The notes under the pieces are model-generated. The model was not told the DNA's origin, did no database searches, and worked only from the letters and a program-made list of their open reading frames with translations. A DNA stretch of 63,942 bases, filler included, from Lenisia limosa (lineage: Eukaryota; Protista; Breviatea): NCBI GenBank assembly GCA_001655205.1. It is 11 parts of 11 records of this genome, joined end to end, with 100 filler letters (N's around TTAATTAATTAA, not from the genome) between each part and the next. Parts side by side here need not be neighbours in the genome. Positions count along the whole stretch, not along the records: positions 1 to 21,866 come from LPNZ01006109.1; positions 21,967 to 26,297 come from LPNZ01001376.1; positions 26,398 to 34,479 come from LPNZ01010109.1; 8 more parts are not named here. The stretch is one strand, 5' to 3'. This document shows, in pieces, positions 14,501 through 26,537 of this stretch. The translations under genes were made by a program, and so were the position numbers. Each line of letters begins with the position of its first letter. Within the stretch, counting starts at the first letter, position 1.

Positions 14501-17500
14501 ACCTTCCTGCCGTGGAACTGTTGATTGAGGAAGGCTGCGACATCCAGTTTGGGAACAGTCAGGGCCTCAGCGCACTCCATTTCGCGTCAAAGGTTGGGCC
14601 ACACTTGACATTTCACGTGATCCGAATCTTTGATTATCTGGTTTATGCCCCAGGGAATTCATATTGAATGCGTTCAGGCCCTCTTAGCAAATGGTGCAGA
14701 CGGTAAGGGGCAGAGAAACATATGTATCAATGGGAGAGAATGCAATTTCTTGGTTCTGTGGATATGTGTGATGTATAATACTGCGTGATTTTACCGCCAC
14801 TCAACCTGTACAGCATGTGTCCGAAGTAATAATCGCACCACTCCGCTCCACTGGGCGGCAATGTACCCTGCCCCCACTACACCCCACCAACAAAGTGGTC
14901 TCGCCAAAGCCGTGGACCTGCTGCCGAAAGACGACTTTATCAGCAGAACTGCCCTCCAGTCTCTCATGGATTCGTCCGTTGTATGCGTGGCGGCAAAAAG
15001 AAAGGCTTCAATAGTGATCTTTGAAGTACAGGTGTCTCTCACCCATGCTAATCGCAACCAGCATGAAGGTGCTGTTCTAATATATCGACTTTTACGTTTC
15101 AGTCATCTTCGTGGCACCCCGTCGCTGGGCGCTACCGTGTCCCTGGACAGAAAAAAACCATCCCGTCCGCTCAAAAAGCAGGAGAGGTGAGTGTATTTGG
15201 GCTAATTGACGAGAAGGGGATCCGATCTTTAACTTCAGTCCCTCAATCTTTCGCTGTTAGATATTATTTCACCATTCCTCCAGTTGGTTTCCCTGCTCTG
15301 TGATGCGTGCCCTCAGGCTGCACTTGTGGCATCCAAAGGGCTCCGTAAGAGGGGTGGGGGGTCATGTGTTTTTGTACATGTGGTGAAATGAGGGTAGTAG
15401 AAAAGTTGATATCAAAATTAACGATTTATAAAACCCAATTCGTAGCGATTAATTTTGTCATATTTGCCAACACCCTACCATTTTCCCACAGAAAGCACAA
15501 TAATTGATCTTTGACAACTTAACCCCCCAGAAACACCACTTCACTTGGCTGCACGTCACGGTAACGTTGACTCAATTAAGGCCCTTCTTGTGCGAACGAA
15601 AGTGGACGTGGATCAAGTGGCAGACAGGGAACAGACTGGTATGAGAGCAGCAATCTCTAGGACGGTGATATGAGAGTCTTGGACGGTGATATGAGAACAG
15701 AAATCTGTAGGACGGTGGTATGAGAGCAGCAATCTCTAGGACGATGGTATTGTTTTGCCTCATTTATCATACTTTCTGTTCTATCTAAATCTCTTTATGC
15801 ATTTATGGACCTCTATTGGATTTACTTCTCAGAAAAACTCTCATTCCTGTCTTCATCAGCCATTACCCCCTCTCAGCGCTGCATTTGGCTGCAGGGTGTG
15901 GTCACTATGATGTTGTGGAAGTTCTCATTAAACACAATGCAAACTTATACTGTCTCAACAACAGGGGCAAGGTATGCTTTGGGTAACGTTTTGAACAAGA
16001 CTTCTTGATAAATGGTCTTCAATGCGATATATTATGGGATTTTCGCTCTCATTATTTTTACTTATTTTATCCGATAATCAGGGAACATCTGTTACAATTA
16101 ACATTTCCCTAGACGCCAGCAATGAAAGCTCTGCTTCTCCACCACCATAATATTGTCGAACTTCTCCTGAAGTATGGCTTTAACCCGAATTTCCAACACC
16201 AAGAGAGGTTTGATGGATTTGATTTTGATATATTCTTACCTTAATAAAAATGGACTTGAAGACGTTTTTGTTTCCTTCTTGTTTTATTTTTGGGGCACTC
16301 TAAAATACTTGCTTTTGTTACTCCCTTACTTGATAGTGAATGTACCCTTCTGCATTTGGCATGTGAAACATCTGACCTGAGACTGGTGGAAATTGTGATG
16401 AAGGTATCATGGGTCAAAAAACAACAATTTTTTGTGGTGTTTGTCTTGTTACAATATTTTGAGAGGGGAGTATGGGCTCTTTTTATCACAAAAAAGCACA
16501 AAATCTCACGAACATGTAGTATGGTGGTAACCCATTCCTATGCACTGCGGATGGCAACACCCCGCTTCACTTTGCTACTGTGTCAGATAAAATCACCATT
16601 TGCGACAAGCTGGTTTTTGGGCCTCGTGGAGTACCAAGGTAAGACAGCTTTTCTGATTTTTGTTTTTAAAAATAAATATCCTCTTCCTTAGGTCTCACAA
16701 CATTTGAATTAGCAATTCAACAAATTTTAATGTAACTTTTGAAAACGCCGTTATCTCCCAAATAAGCCACAGCATTATGTCTATGTTATTAGAATGTAAA
16801 GGGTAGCAGTGATATTTTTAAATTTTAAGTTGTTTTGTTTTCGATTTATCCCAATCGTCATCTATCAAATGCTATGGAGCCACATTAACTATTTCAGAGA
16901 GCCAGAGGACACAGCAAAGCCAAAACAGGCATGTGTGATGGGGCACTGTTATTTTGTTGCAACTTCTGTCACATATTAAAAGAGGGGAACTGATGTGATA
17001 ATCAAATTTTCCCCTTTATTGTTGGGATTGGTCCAATCTAAACTAAAACGTCTATTATCAAATCATATGCAATCCCAACTACCCTATCTCTCGCGCAAAC
17101 CCCCCTTTTGACATTAGGCCTGGTGACACCACCGGAAAGTATTGAAGACGATGGGCCTCGAATGGACCTCTTCCAAATGGTCGGACGCAACGGATCCACT
17201 GCAATGAGCATTGCCCTGCCCCACGCTGACATTCTCATGTACTACCTTGTGCTCGGTGGGCTGCAGGAATTGTTTTTTGTTTGTTTTGTCTCAGTATTGA
17301 CGTTCAGGCTGCAGCCCCATTCAGCCCATCCCCGGCACCACCTACACAATTCTTGATAAGGCAGCCACTTCTGAATCTCTCCAAACAACTAAGGTGTGTA
17401 GATGTTTCTGTCGATGGTTACTTCTTATCAATATTGTCGCAGTCTAGTTTTTGAACCCAAATAGAATCTCTCTTTTTTTGACGTTCAATTTGATGGCAGA

Positions 17501-20336
17501 AGCCGACAAACCGCATTATCCTGCTTTCCTCTTTGATTTTCCAGATTCTTCTCCATGACTTTAGCCAGGACGACATCAAGGCCATGTTTGCTCGTCACCC
17601 TTCTCTCGGAATGTGTATTGGTATGTTAGGATAAAGAATGAGAATTTATCGAATACTTAAGAGAAAAGTAAATACCAGTCTCTATTCTTGATATGATGCT
17701 CCTTTAAAAATGTTTACTCTTAATTCAAAATCTAATTTCCGCGGCTTGTCAACCATTACACTTTTTGAAGAACGTTGCTGTTTTGTGATTTGATGATGAA
17801 TGCGTTGAAGGGTTTTTTTGTCCCATTCAATAATTGCATCTGACCTTTAAGGCACATTTAGACCTGTGCTACCCTTTACACCAGCGATACTCGCTTCCGC
17901 TCTCACTCAGGCTATTGTCAACAACAGAAATGAGTATGCGCTTCTTGTACAACACAGGTCATCTTATTCCTTTTAAGTATAGTTCATGAAGTTTGTGTTA
18001 TATTTCGGAAAAACAATCTGTGAATCCAACACCTGAATTATTCAATTAACCCTTTCAGGACTATGAAGTACCTGATTGAAAGAGAGCCTCGAGCAGCTCA
18101 AATTCCTGTATTGATAAGGAACGATGAAACTCCAGTCAACGCCTTAGTAAGCGAACAACCTCCACCAATGCTAGATAGCTAATGGCTATTTATTAGGGCT
18201 TGGTGCAATTTATACAAATTGATTGCAAAATAAGTGAGACCTATAGAAACGGTAACCCCATTTCAGACACTTTAATTTCAAATTTTGTCAATTTCTTCAA
18301 AAACAGTAATTGCATGGAGTATTTATCCTCACTCGCTCTTATTTCCAACCCAGATCCGGGCGTCGGCGTGTCAGAATGTTGAGGCCTGCAAATATCTTGT
18401 CAAGAAGGGTTTCGAGTCGTGTGTCCAGGATGAGCTTGGTAGAACCGTTAGAGGGGGGGTGATTTAAAAGGCAACTTTTATATTTTTCGATAGTTATGCT
18501 GAATTATGGAGGTTCTGAAGAAGTCAAACGCGTTGACTAGTCATTCACCTTCAAGGCCCTCCATTTTGGCTGCTTGTGTCCCGATGTTTTTGTAACTCTT
18601 CTCACTGAGAAAACCGACGTTTCAGTCCGCGACTTTGACGGCAGAACAATTCTCCATATCATCTCTCAAAACAGTGAGCTTCGCTGCTTCGTGTTATTTT
18701 GATTGCTTTATGGGAGAGTGTGTTTTGTGAGTTTGACATTGTTTTAGTTTCTTTGCTTTTCATAATAACTCTGATGAAGTATTCTGAGGTCGGGGTAATC
18801 CACATAATATTTGATTTTTGGGGATTTTATATTAATATTCAGAATTGGGCATTCCAAGAAGTTGAAAGTGACTTCAAGCTAACACTTATTAAAATAACAA
18901 ATGACAACTCCAGGAAACGCCGAAGCCCAAGAAATTTGTCTTGTCCTTCTTCTTCACCACCTCTTCCCCGAGCACATGCCAGATGACCCAAAAAGCCCTT
19001 ATCCCCCCATCCCGGCTAGCCATTTGCCCCTCAAAACCAAACTGGATCTTATTTCTGCTACTGTTGACGGCTTTACAGCCAGTGAAGTTATGCGGCTACA
19101 GCAACGTGACGTTCCTTCTAAAGTAAGGGGAGGGGGGTGACGTTTCATTAATTTATATTGTCCCCCTCATAACTTGTCCAGATGCTTGAAGAGCTCTTTG
19201 TTGCCGTAGTAACAGAACACGAGGTTTGTGGGATACACCTTGGAATTGTGATACCTTATTCTACTCGATTCTGTAGTGATATTTTTGAAACATATCAAAT
19301 GAGACTTTCATTGTGTTCCCCCAGGTTTCATGCGAGGATGTTTGGTGCTACGAAGCTGGAACACCCGAAAAGGTAGAGAGGGTGAAAAGGATAGGAATAT
19401 AGAATATGTAATGTTCATGTGTATGATGAGAGAAACACTCCTGGTGATTTGTTGGAGGGGGGCTTACATGAGTACACAACGAAACAATCATGGAACAATA
19501 CCTGCCTTGCATATTATCAATAGTATATACAGTGAATACTGGTGGATTCCTTAGTTTTCTATTCAAGAAATCCATATTATTTTGTTGTTGCTCCACACAC
19601 CGTGTTATTTATTCAGAAAACATGCCATTATAAGGAAGGTTATGCCCCGAAGGGGTCTTAAGGTGCTTTTATCCCGGACTGCGGATACTAAGATACAGGG
19701 CAAAATATAGCATAGAAATTTACGGATACGGGTACTACATCCCCTAACAAAACTGTGTTCACACAGCTTTCTGCTTTATTAATTATTTTTGTGTTAGTCT
19801 TCAGATGAATTTCCTCACCAGCTCTAGGACTATGTGGCTGAAGTGACAAGTCAGGAAGGCGAATTTGAAGATAACGTCAACTTTGAAATACAGGTAGGAT
19901 TACAGTTTATGTAAACTGAGACAATATGCAAGTCACATTATTGGTTAAAAAAATACATGGGAACCAAAGAAACCTTGAATATATTCTGATGTCTACTTTC
20001 ACAATATCCACATTCCTATATTACCACACAGGATAAATGTTGATATTATGCTTTTTGTTGCTCAACCGTAAACCTGGAGCATTAACCTGCTTAGACGGAA
20101 GACGGCATGCTAAAGAGCATGAGAGACACCCTTGACGCCAAAAAGCAAAACTGGTGGATCTACGGACTAACAGGTTGGCACTCTAGGATGAAGCCGAATC
20201 ACCTCAACTTGGGCTTCACATCATGTTGTAGCACGCCTTTTGTTTGTAGAGTCGACACCAATCTCTATGTTAGAGTAACGGTTTAGGTATGGCCTTTGCT
20301 GCGGCCGTTTTAGCAGTCCGGAGGGCGTTGAGCTAA
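11599..20336 (+). CDS. Long ankyrin-repeat protein with a C-terminal hydrophobic tail anchor, many exons
   Basis: Starts MSLFQEVLFAALEDNNTLAIQCALKNG. Repeated ANK cores include FTVFHIACALG, GKTCLHRAAACGHVGVIKLLV, GLTPLFVAATCDHHHCVNYLLAVGADV, GLSALHFASK, TPLHLAARHGNVDSIKALL, LHLAAGCGHYDVVEVLIKHNA and GRTILHIISQN. Ends KKQNWWIYGLT|GMAFAAAVLAVRRALS-stop (20336). Some internal exons are unresolved. Confidence 0.85.
12721..12827. mobile_element. MITE family B copy (intronic)
   Basis: Termini tagggcctcacttcggttc and gaacctacataagtgaagccttag, with the internal core ggtaaaatatcgatagttttcgaggatttat shared with many other copies. Confidence 0.85.
15637..15746. repeat. Degenerate ~22-33 bp tandem repeat in an ankyrin-gene intron
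   Basis: tggtatgagagcagcaatctctaggacg / tgatatgaga...ggacgg units. Confidence 0.75.
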
Positions 20337-20487
20337 AGAAACCGCCCAATGTTATTTATGTATTAGTTTTCTTGCTTGGTTATATAGTACTGGAAGCTGA
20401 GCCGAGAAAAGAAAGCAAATGAATTATAAACAGAACATTGACTAAAGTAAATAAATAGACATTGATACCATAGAAGGAGTATAGAGG

Positions 20488-21698
20488 TTATGAAGAGTTG
20501 CAGCGGTACATTGGGAAGGGAGGCATGATGGACGAGTCCTGCAATGATAAGCTGTGCAATATGGTGATGGTTAAAAAAACAAAAAAAAAAAGTGTTCTGC
20601 GGCAAGGATACCACAAACAAACAAAGAATGAATGCACAATACCTAAATAAAACAAAAAACAACAAAATAAAAAACCCAAGCCCCTACCTGCGGATACTGT
20701 AAATTCGACACCGATCGTGACAAACCGCCCTCGGGGACACACTGCTGGTGACACTGGAGGTGAAAAGAGGAAAGATTGGAGTCAGCAGGGGAGGAGACGA
20801 GGGGTGAAATGTTAGGTAGGAAGTGCGACTGCGGAGGCTGCATAGCTAAGAATTGTTGGGACTGTTGTGTGTTTTGCCCAATAATGGCTCGGGCTTGCTG
20901 GTGTGCCAGGGCAGCAAGCTGGTCAAGTTGGGATGCAGAAAGGAAGGGGTTGTCTCTTCCCAAGTCCGCAAGAAGACCGTTGATGTCGGTTGTGTTCGGC
21001 TCAAGAACAAGCTGACTGGCCAAGGCGTTGACAATATCCTGTGGGGGGGGGGGTANNNNNNNNNNNNNNNNNNNNNNNNNNNNNNNNNNNNNNNNNNNNN
21101 NNNNNNNNNNNNNNNNNNNNNNNNNNNNNNNNNNGGTTGATAACAATAAAACAAATTAAACAAAAAAATAATTCAGAATCAATCTGTTGGCTAGGATTTG
21201 TTTCACCCATAAGGGTTAAAAGGCACCAAATCCCATCCCTTCAGCGTACATGGGGATGAACTGGGACATATCCGAGATTTTTTAATAAAAATAATAATAA
21301 AAACTGACAGAGGGAGAGAAGAAAGAGTGCTGGGGTGTATGATATATAGGGAGGGTAATCAGCTATCAGCCACAATACCTTAACTTCCACAGGTTCAGCT
21401 GCTGAGGTGGGCTCGTCAAAGGGCTGGCACGGGGCCCTGATACATATGAGAAGGGGTGGGGGCAGCGTAGTAAGATTAAGTCTTGATAGAACACGCGGAT
21501 TTCCATTTAACAGACCTTGTTTTGGCACAAAAGTGTTTTTTACCCCGCCATTGCCATTGAGAAGAATGACAATATTCCTTACCATAATATGATATCCTTT
21601 TCACTCACCTTAGATTGATTTCTCCGCGGGCTTGAGGATGGAAGTAGGCCATTTCTATGAAGAGCGCATCGCGAAGAGACTCTCGTGACAGAGGGACC
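20488..21698 (-). CDS. Partial gene (5' end lost in gap), unknown protein with a Gln/Ser/Pro-rich C-terminus
   Basis: Exons VPLSRESLRDALFIEMAYFHPQARGEINL|RAPCQPFDEPTSAAEPVEVK|...DIVNALASQLVLEPNTTDINGLLADLGRDNPFLSASQLDQLAALAHQQARAIIGQNTQQSQQ...|LSLQDSSIMPPFPMYRCNSS-stop, with canonical GT/AG boundaries. Confidence 0.7.
21039..21249 (-). mobile_element. Family A copy that appears to be a complete intron (candidate introner)
   Basis: Minus strand begins GTACGCtgaagggatgggatttggtgc, contains tagccaacagattgattctg and ends taccccccccccacAG just before the exon gatattgtc. Interrupted by an N gap. Confidence 0.7.
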
Positions 21699-21779
21699 TG
21701 GAAGATGAGTCTTGTGCTACTTTAATCATAACATATCTGATATGCATATCATATCCTTACTCTCAACCCCGTCACTATG

Positions 21780-21866
21780 TTTGTTTTGTTTGGAGTTTTA
21801 GATTATTCCGTTCGTGATTAGTACCTTTACGCCAATATTTCTTTCGTTTTACTGCCCCCCCCCCCC
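21780..21866 (+). mobile_element. Family A/C 3' module, antisense to the minus-strand gene whose intron it lies in
   Basis: tttggagttttagattattccgttcgtgattagtacctttacgccaatattttctttcgttttactgcccccccc matches copies at 28780-28830 and 29962-30030. Confidence 0.7.
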
Positions 21867-21966
21867 NNNNNNNNNNNNNNNNNNNNNNNNNNNNNNNNNN
21901 NNNNNNNNNNTTAATTAATTAANNNNNNNNNNNNNNNNNNNNNNNNNNNNNNNNNNNNNNNNNNNN
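21867..21966. other. Assembly gap with an artificial TTAATTAATTAA linker (also near 26342, 34524, 40084, 42283, 44304, 48052, 57444, 60214 and 62842)
   Basis: An identical 12-mer with stops in all six frames is centred in ~100-nt N runs. This is a scaffolding artefact, not biology. Confidence 0.95.
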
Positions 21967-22956
21967 ATCGGACGAAGCGCCCATGCCCAGGTTGCCGTCT
22001 TTTCGCCTGGGCAGAACCAAGCTCAGTCCATCCAGGACCCTCGAGCAATAGTGTTACAAGTAGGGGTTGGGGAAGGGATATAGGTAGTGCTGCTCTTCGG
22101 TTCGGTTCGATATCGATGATAGAGACCGATTCAGATTGACCCGGTTCGGTCTCAGATTATACTTAGACAAAGATAGATGGGGTAAAAACGACTGAGCTTA
22201 AAGTTGTCTGTTCCCAGTTGTTACTAAAAGTAAATGCCAAGTTGTTTGTTTTTTGAAAAAAAAAATAACACGTTACCCGTCCCGTATAAAGCAGTGCTTC
22301 AGACAAGCTTGGTCTTTGATCATATTATTGTTTTCAACCCTCGTATATGTTACCGAAATGTTAAGCCAACAGATTTGATTTTGGTTTTTTTTTGTTTCCA
22401 ATTTTCCAACCCCAAACCCAATAGGTCTCCTTGGATGACGGCAAAACGTTTAATGCGATACCCTCGCTACAGTTCTGTCAGCTCTGCAAGGTACCGTTGG
22501 CTTGTATCGTATTTGAACTTCACGTTCCACTATGTCTAAGATCACTTACAGTACTTGATTTATTGATACCTGTAAATATTTTTTCAAACAATATTATTGC
22601 TATTATTTCGTATGAAGAGTGTCTTTTGATAAACATGACTATTGTATTGTACGTGTGGTATTGGCTCGTAGGGCATCTCTGTTTTATTATTGATTAATAA
22701 CTGATCCTCGTTTCTCTATCTCCATGCTTTTTTGATGTTTTTTGTTTTAGTTTTGTTAGAAGGTACTCATATCAAAACGTCTCAGAAAGAAAAATGTCTG
22801 AGTGCGATTGATAAAGTTCCCCCCCCCACTCCAAGAATCCAGGCCACCAATGAGAACAGTATTCATCCATTAACAGGGCACCTTGAGCATCTTTTTCAAG
22901 ACATCTCTTTGCTCTGTTTCAGTAGACACTTTGACAGCATCCTTACCCCACTCTAA
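21967..22956 (+). CDS. Partial gene with an IPT/TIG-like strand motif and a C2HC-type zinc finger
   Basis: Spliced ...QDPRAIVLQ|VSLDDGKTFNAIPSLQFCQLCKVPLACIVFELHVPLCLRSLT|EGTHIKTSQ...; donor caa|gtaggg and acceptor aatag|gtc. Starts at a linker gap. Confidence 0.55.
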
Positions 22957-22979
22957 GAGGGCAGGACCATTCTAGGTTA

Positions 22980-23812
22980 TTAATAAACTAACTAGCCATC
23001 CATCCATTAGGTGTGTGCACAACAGTACCTCCAAAGCTTTCCAGAATTTCTTTTTCATGAGTAGCAGTTTTATTATGGACAACAAAAAGGAGGAAATCGA
23101 GTTCCATCGGACCTAGAGGTGTTATCAATTGTATTATTTACATTATTCCACCATCAATGCTCCAATTTCCCATCAGCCTCTTTGTTAGGCTTTAAGTTGT
23201 CATAGGTATGTACTTTGCTGGGTTTTTTCCCATCAACCTGAGTGAATATTTCATCAGTATTTCCAATTAACCACGGAAGGACATTTAAGCCTTCTAATGT
23301 TTCGAAGAGAACAGCAAAGTACCGTTGCAGCTTTGGAGCTTGATCAATAGCATTTGTTTATCCACAACACGAGGAGTCAGATTAATAAAAACAATAACTT
23401 TCAGATTGATATTGGCGTCTTTATGTCTTTCAAGAAAACCACGAAGCCATCCTAGAGTAAGGTTTATAGCATGGATAGAGATTTGAATGTCTTTTTCTTG
23501 CCTATTTTGTGATAAATGAACACAATAATAAGTCAATATTTGAATAAACATCCAAGTTCACCATTTCGAATACATCATTTTGGGATGGGGGGTCACCAAT
23601 GAAAATCTTGTAAGCATATCATGGAGCAGATGCACTTCTTCTTTCACAGTAAGGGCACACTGACCTCCAGTTTTCTTTACCTCTTCTGAACCATTCATCT
23701 TAGCTCGTCTGGAAACAGTTGCCTGGGACACTCCCAGAGCTTCAGCAATTTGACGTTGTCCAAGAGTTTCGCCAATTAAAATGTGGACCTTTTCAGTGAG
23801 CTCCAAGTTCAT
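22980..23812 (-). mobile_element. Decayed pogo/Tigger-like (DDE_1) DNA transposase
   Basis: Intronless frameshifted fragments: HTH LGQRQIAEALGVSQATVSRR, CENP-B-like GWLRGFLERH, and LPWLIGNTDEIF resembling the pogo I-x-N-x-DET first catalytic motif. Confidence 0.7.
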
Positions 23813-23899
23813 GAAACTATTGTCAATAAGGTGGCGCTCTTGAATTGAGGCCTAGCGAGGAAGCTTGTTAAAAGCAACCATGGGCTTGTTAACAACCTT

Positions 23900-26000
23900 A
23901 AAAACCTTAAAGGTACTCCTCCTTTCGGGTGAAGTGCCCTGTCGTTCTCTTTTAACCCTTATTGCCACAGCAGAAGGACTTGTTTGCAGACAAACCAGCC
24001 CAATTTTTCCGTAAGCTGTTGCCTTTCAACACCCATCCTAAAGCAATTATCTCAAAATGAAAATCTTAGCTTGAAGATAAGTGACATAATAACAGCAGTA
24101 TTATCAGGAAAAGGGAACCATACTTGCTCAAAGGCGTGACCAGGAGTGGTTTGTCGTCTGAAGTTACAGTGAGTCATGTATTAACAAATATATTATATCT
24201 TGACTGTCTTAAATGCCTATTTTTAAAACCTAATCCCCCTTAGCTGATAAAGTAAGCCCAACTAGTTTTCCGTCAATTGCTTTGTCCAAAGCTCGGGGGT
24301 TCTCCTTCATCTTATCCGAATCAGAGAGTGCGAGGTTTCCAAGCTGATGCCAAGATAACAATAGAAGAAAGAGACATAGCATGTCAAGCTGTCTCACTGT
24401 ATGCCTTTTCCATTTCGGTAGGGTTCCATTGGATTGACTTGAGAATCTGACGCACCTGCAAAAATGATACTCATACTCTCGTGAAGGAGCCATCATTAGC
24501 CTCCCTCACTCCAATGAGTGGAATCGTTCTGAGAGAGTAAGAAATTCAAGAACAAAAATACAGATGAGAAAAAATAATAGATCATTAATTGACTGTTGAA
24601 AGTCAAATATCTTGAGAAGTCTCCGATTTTGTCCAAAGTTCCTATTTTTGCAGTATATCAGTTGTCGTTCTGGTTTGAGTGCCTTTGGAGATACTATTAC
24701 ATTTTGAATCTTTTTTTTCATTTATTTTTCTGAATGACATGTCTTGTCGATTCTTTCAGCTGTAATTTTCAATCGATTTATTAAATAATTCTTTTAATGT
24801 TTACTTTGAATACAGTGCTTTTCGACAAGTTTCCCAAATTTTTAACCTGGTGTAGTCCCATACCATCGCATGCAGCCATCAACCAACCCACACCGCCCCC
24901 ATCCAAATCCCCTCAAGCTGGACACACCTTCGAGCTGTACACCCCCCTCTTCTCTTCCCACACCCCCACCGAAGTGTNNNNNNNNNNNNNNNNNNNNNNN
25001 NNNNNNNNNNNNNNNNNNNNNNNNNNNCTCTGAGGTTTGCTGATGTAGAATTGTTCCTACTTTCTTTACTTATATTACAACATTTTTTTTTTAATATTTT
25101 CAAGCAGTGTGTCTCTTTCTTCTTGTCCTCACCATTGTTTTTCTTGTCCTTCCCCCCGAATAAGGCTATTAACTTCTTTACTCTCTTTTTTTTTCTCATT
25201 TTACTTCTTTAATACTTATTATTACATAATTTCTCATTCCACTTGTAGTTTGTAGATCTTTTCTTATTTATCTTTGCTTCTTACCCTTATAACATTTATT
25301 AATCGCCATTTTCAACGACAGAAGACCCAGTTGATTTACATTGTGGTAGAAACCCCAAAATAATACTTATATCGGGCACTCAACGATGAGATCACATACC
25401 TTGATAATGCCTGCTGAAGAGTCTCAAGGCAACTGCAGCGCTGAATGGTTTGTCTCCGGATGGTTTTCTTGAAGGAGCTAGCTCAAGAGGAATTTAAAAA
25501 GTTCTACCTATGTGACATTTGAAATATACAGAAGAATAAGAGGAAGAAAAACGTTTACTCAACAACAGGTCTCGAGAGGTTACATAATCCGGCGACGGCA
25601 TGAAGAATGTCATCTGCCAGGTGATGAAAAGCTGGGTGAAGTTCGCCACCAATCACGCGGAATTTCTTGATGTGCCTCACTGCTTGTTTAACATGAAGTC
25701 TCACAGAAGAGTTTACAGACGAATTAGCTCTTTAAAACATTATCAAAGAAAAGAGTCAAATAATTGAACATACATTTGAACCGCCATGCACGAATCCCAG
25801 TACAACACTCTGAACTCGTTCTTGGGATTGGTGCATCTAACAGAATAGTCATGAGAGCAGGGATATTCCACACTGCTTCAAGAACTCAAAAAATAAATCC
25901 TGAAAGTAGCACGTAGCATCTGAAGAACAATAGAGGGTTCAGTCATTGAAACTTGTCGGTTCGTATCTTGAGTTTAAAGAGATACCACTTTAAGAAGGAG
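23900..26000 (-). pseudogene. Intron-poor, stop-riddled coding-like relics of unknown origin
   Basis: Fragments such as YMTHCNFRRQTTPGHAFEQVWFPFPDNTAVIMSL, SDKMKENPRALDKAIDGKLVG and VLEAVWNIPALMTILLDAPIP; no intact ORF. Confidence 0.3.
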
Positions 26001-26537
26001 TTTATTCATGAGAAATACCATAAACTGTGACATGGCTCAAATACAATAAGAACCTCCACATTGTGTATTCATTCATTGAATTTCACGTTTATTATATAAA
26101 CCCACATATTATCACACAAGAGGATATGTTTTGATTTCCATTTAAAATAGAGACCAAAATTAATAAATTGGAACTTCCAATTAGTTTTTCTACTATCCTT
26201 CATTACTAGTTCGCCTTTAGATGATCTCTCGTTTTGAAAACGGGGTTGATATTTGGGTTCATAAAATGCCTTTTTATTATTATTGTTGTTGTTGTTTNNN
26301 NNNNNNNNNNNNNNNNNNNNNNNNNNNNNNNNNNNNNNNNNTTAATTAATTAANNNNNNNNNNNNNNNNNNNNNNNNNNNNNNNNNNNNNNNNNNNNAAA
26401 ATTTATAAAATAATAATAAGAAAAAAATAATAGTAAAAAAATCACCCAGAATCAAGAATGAATTTTATTGGATACTATGTTGCAAGGTACATTGCATTAC
26501 CGTCATGTTTGTAAGGGTTATTGAAGAAATTCTACCA

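Noticed and set aside
21911-21922. TTAATTAATTAA palindrome recurring many times
   Set aside because: It is always centred in ~100-nt N runs, so it is an artificial contig linker.
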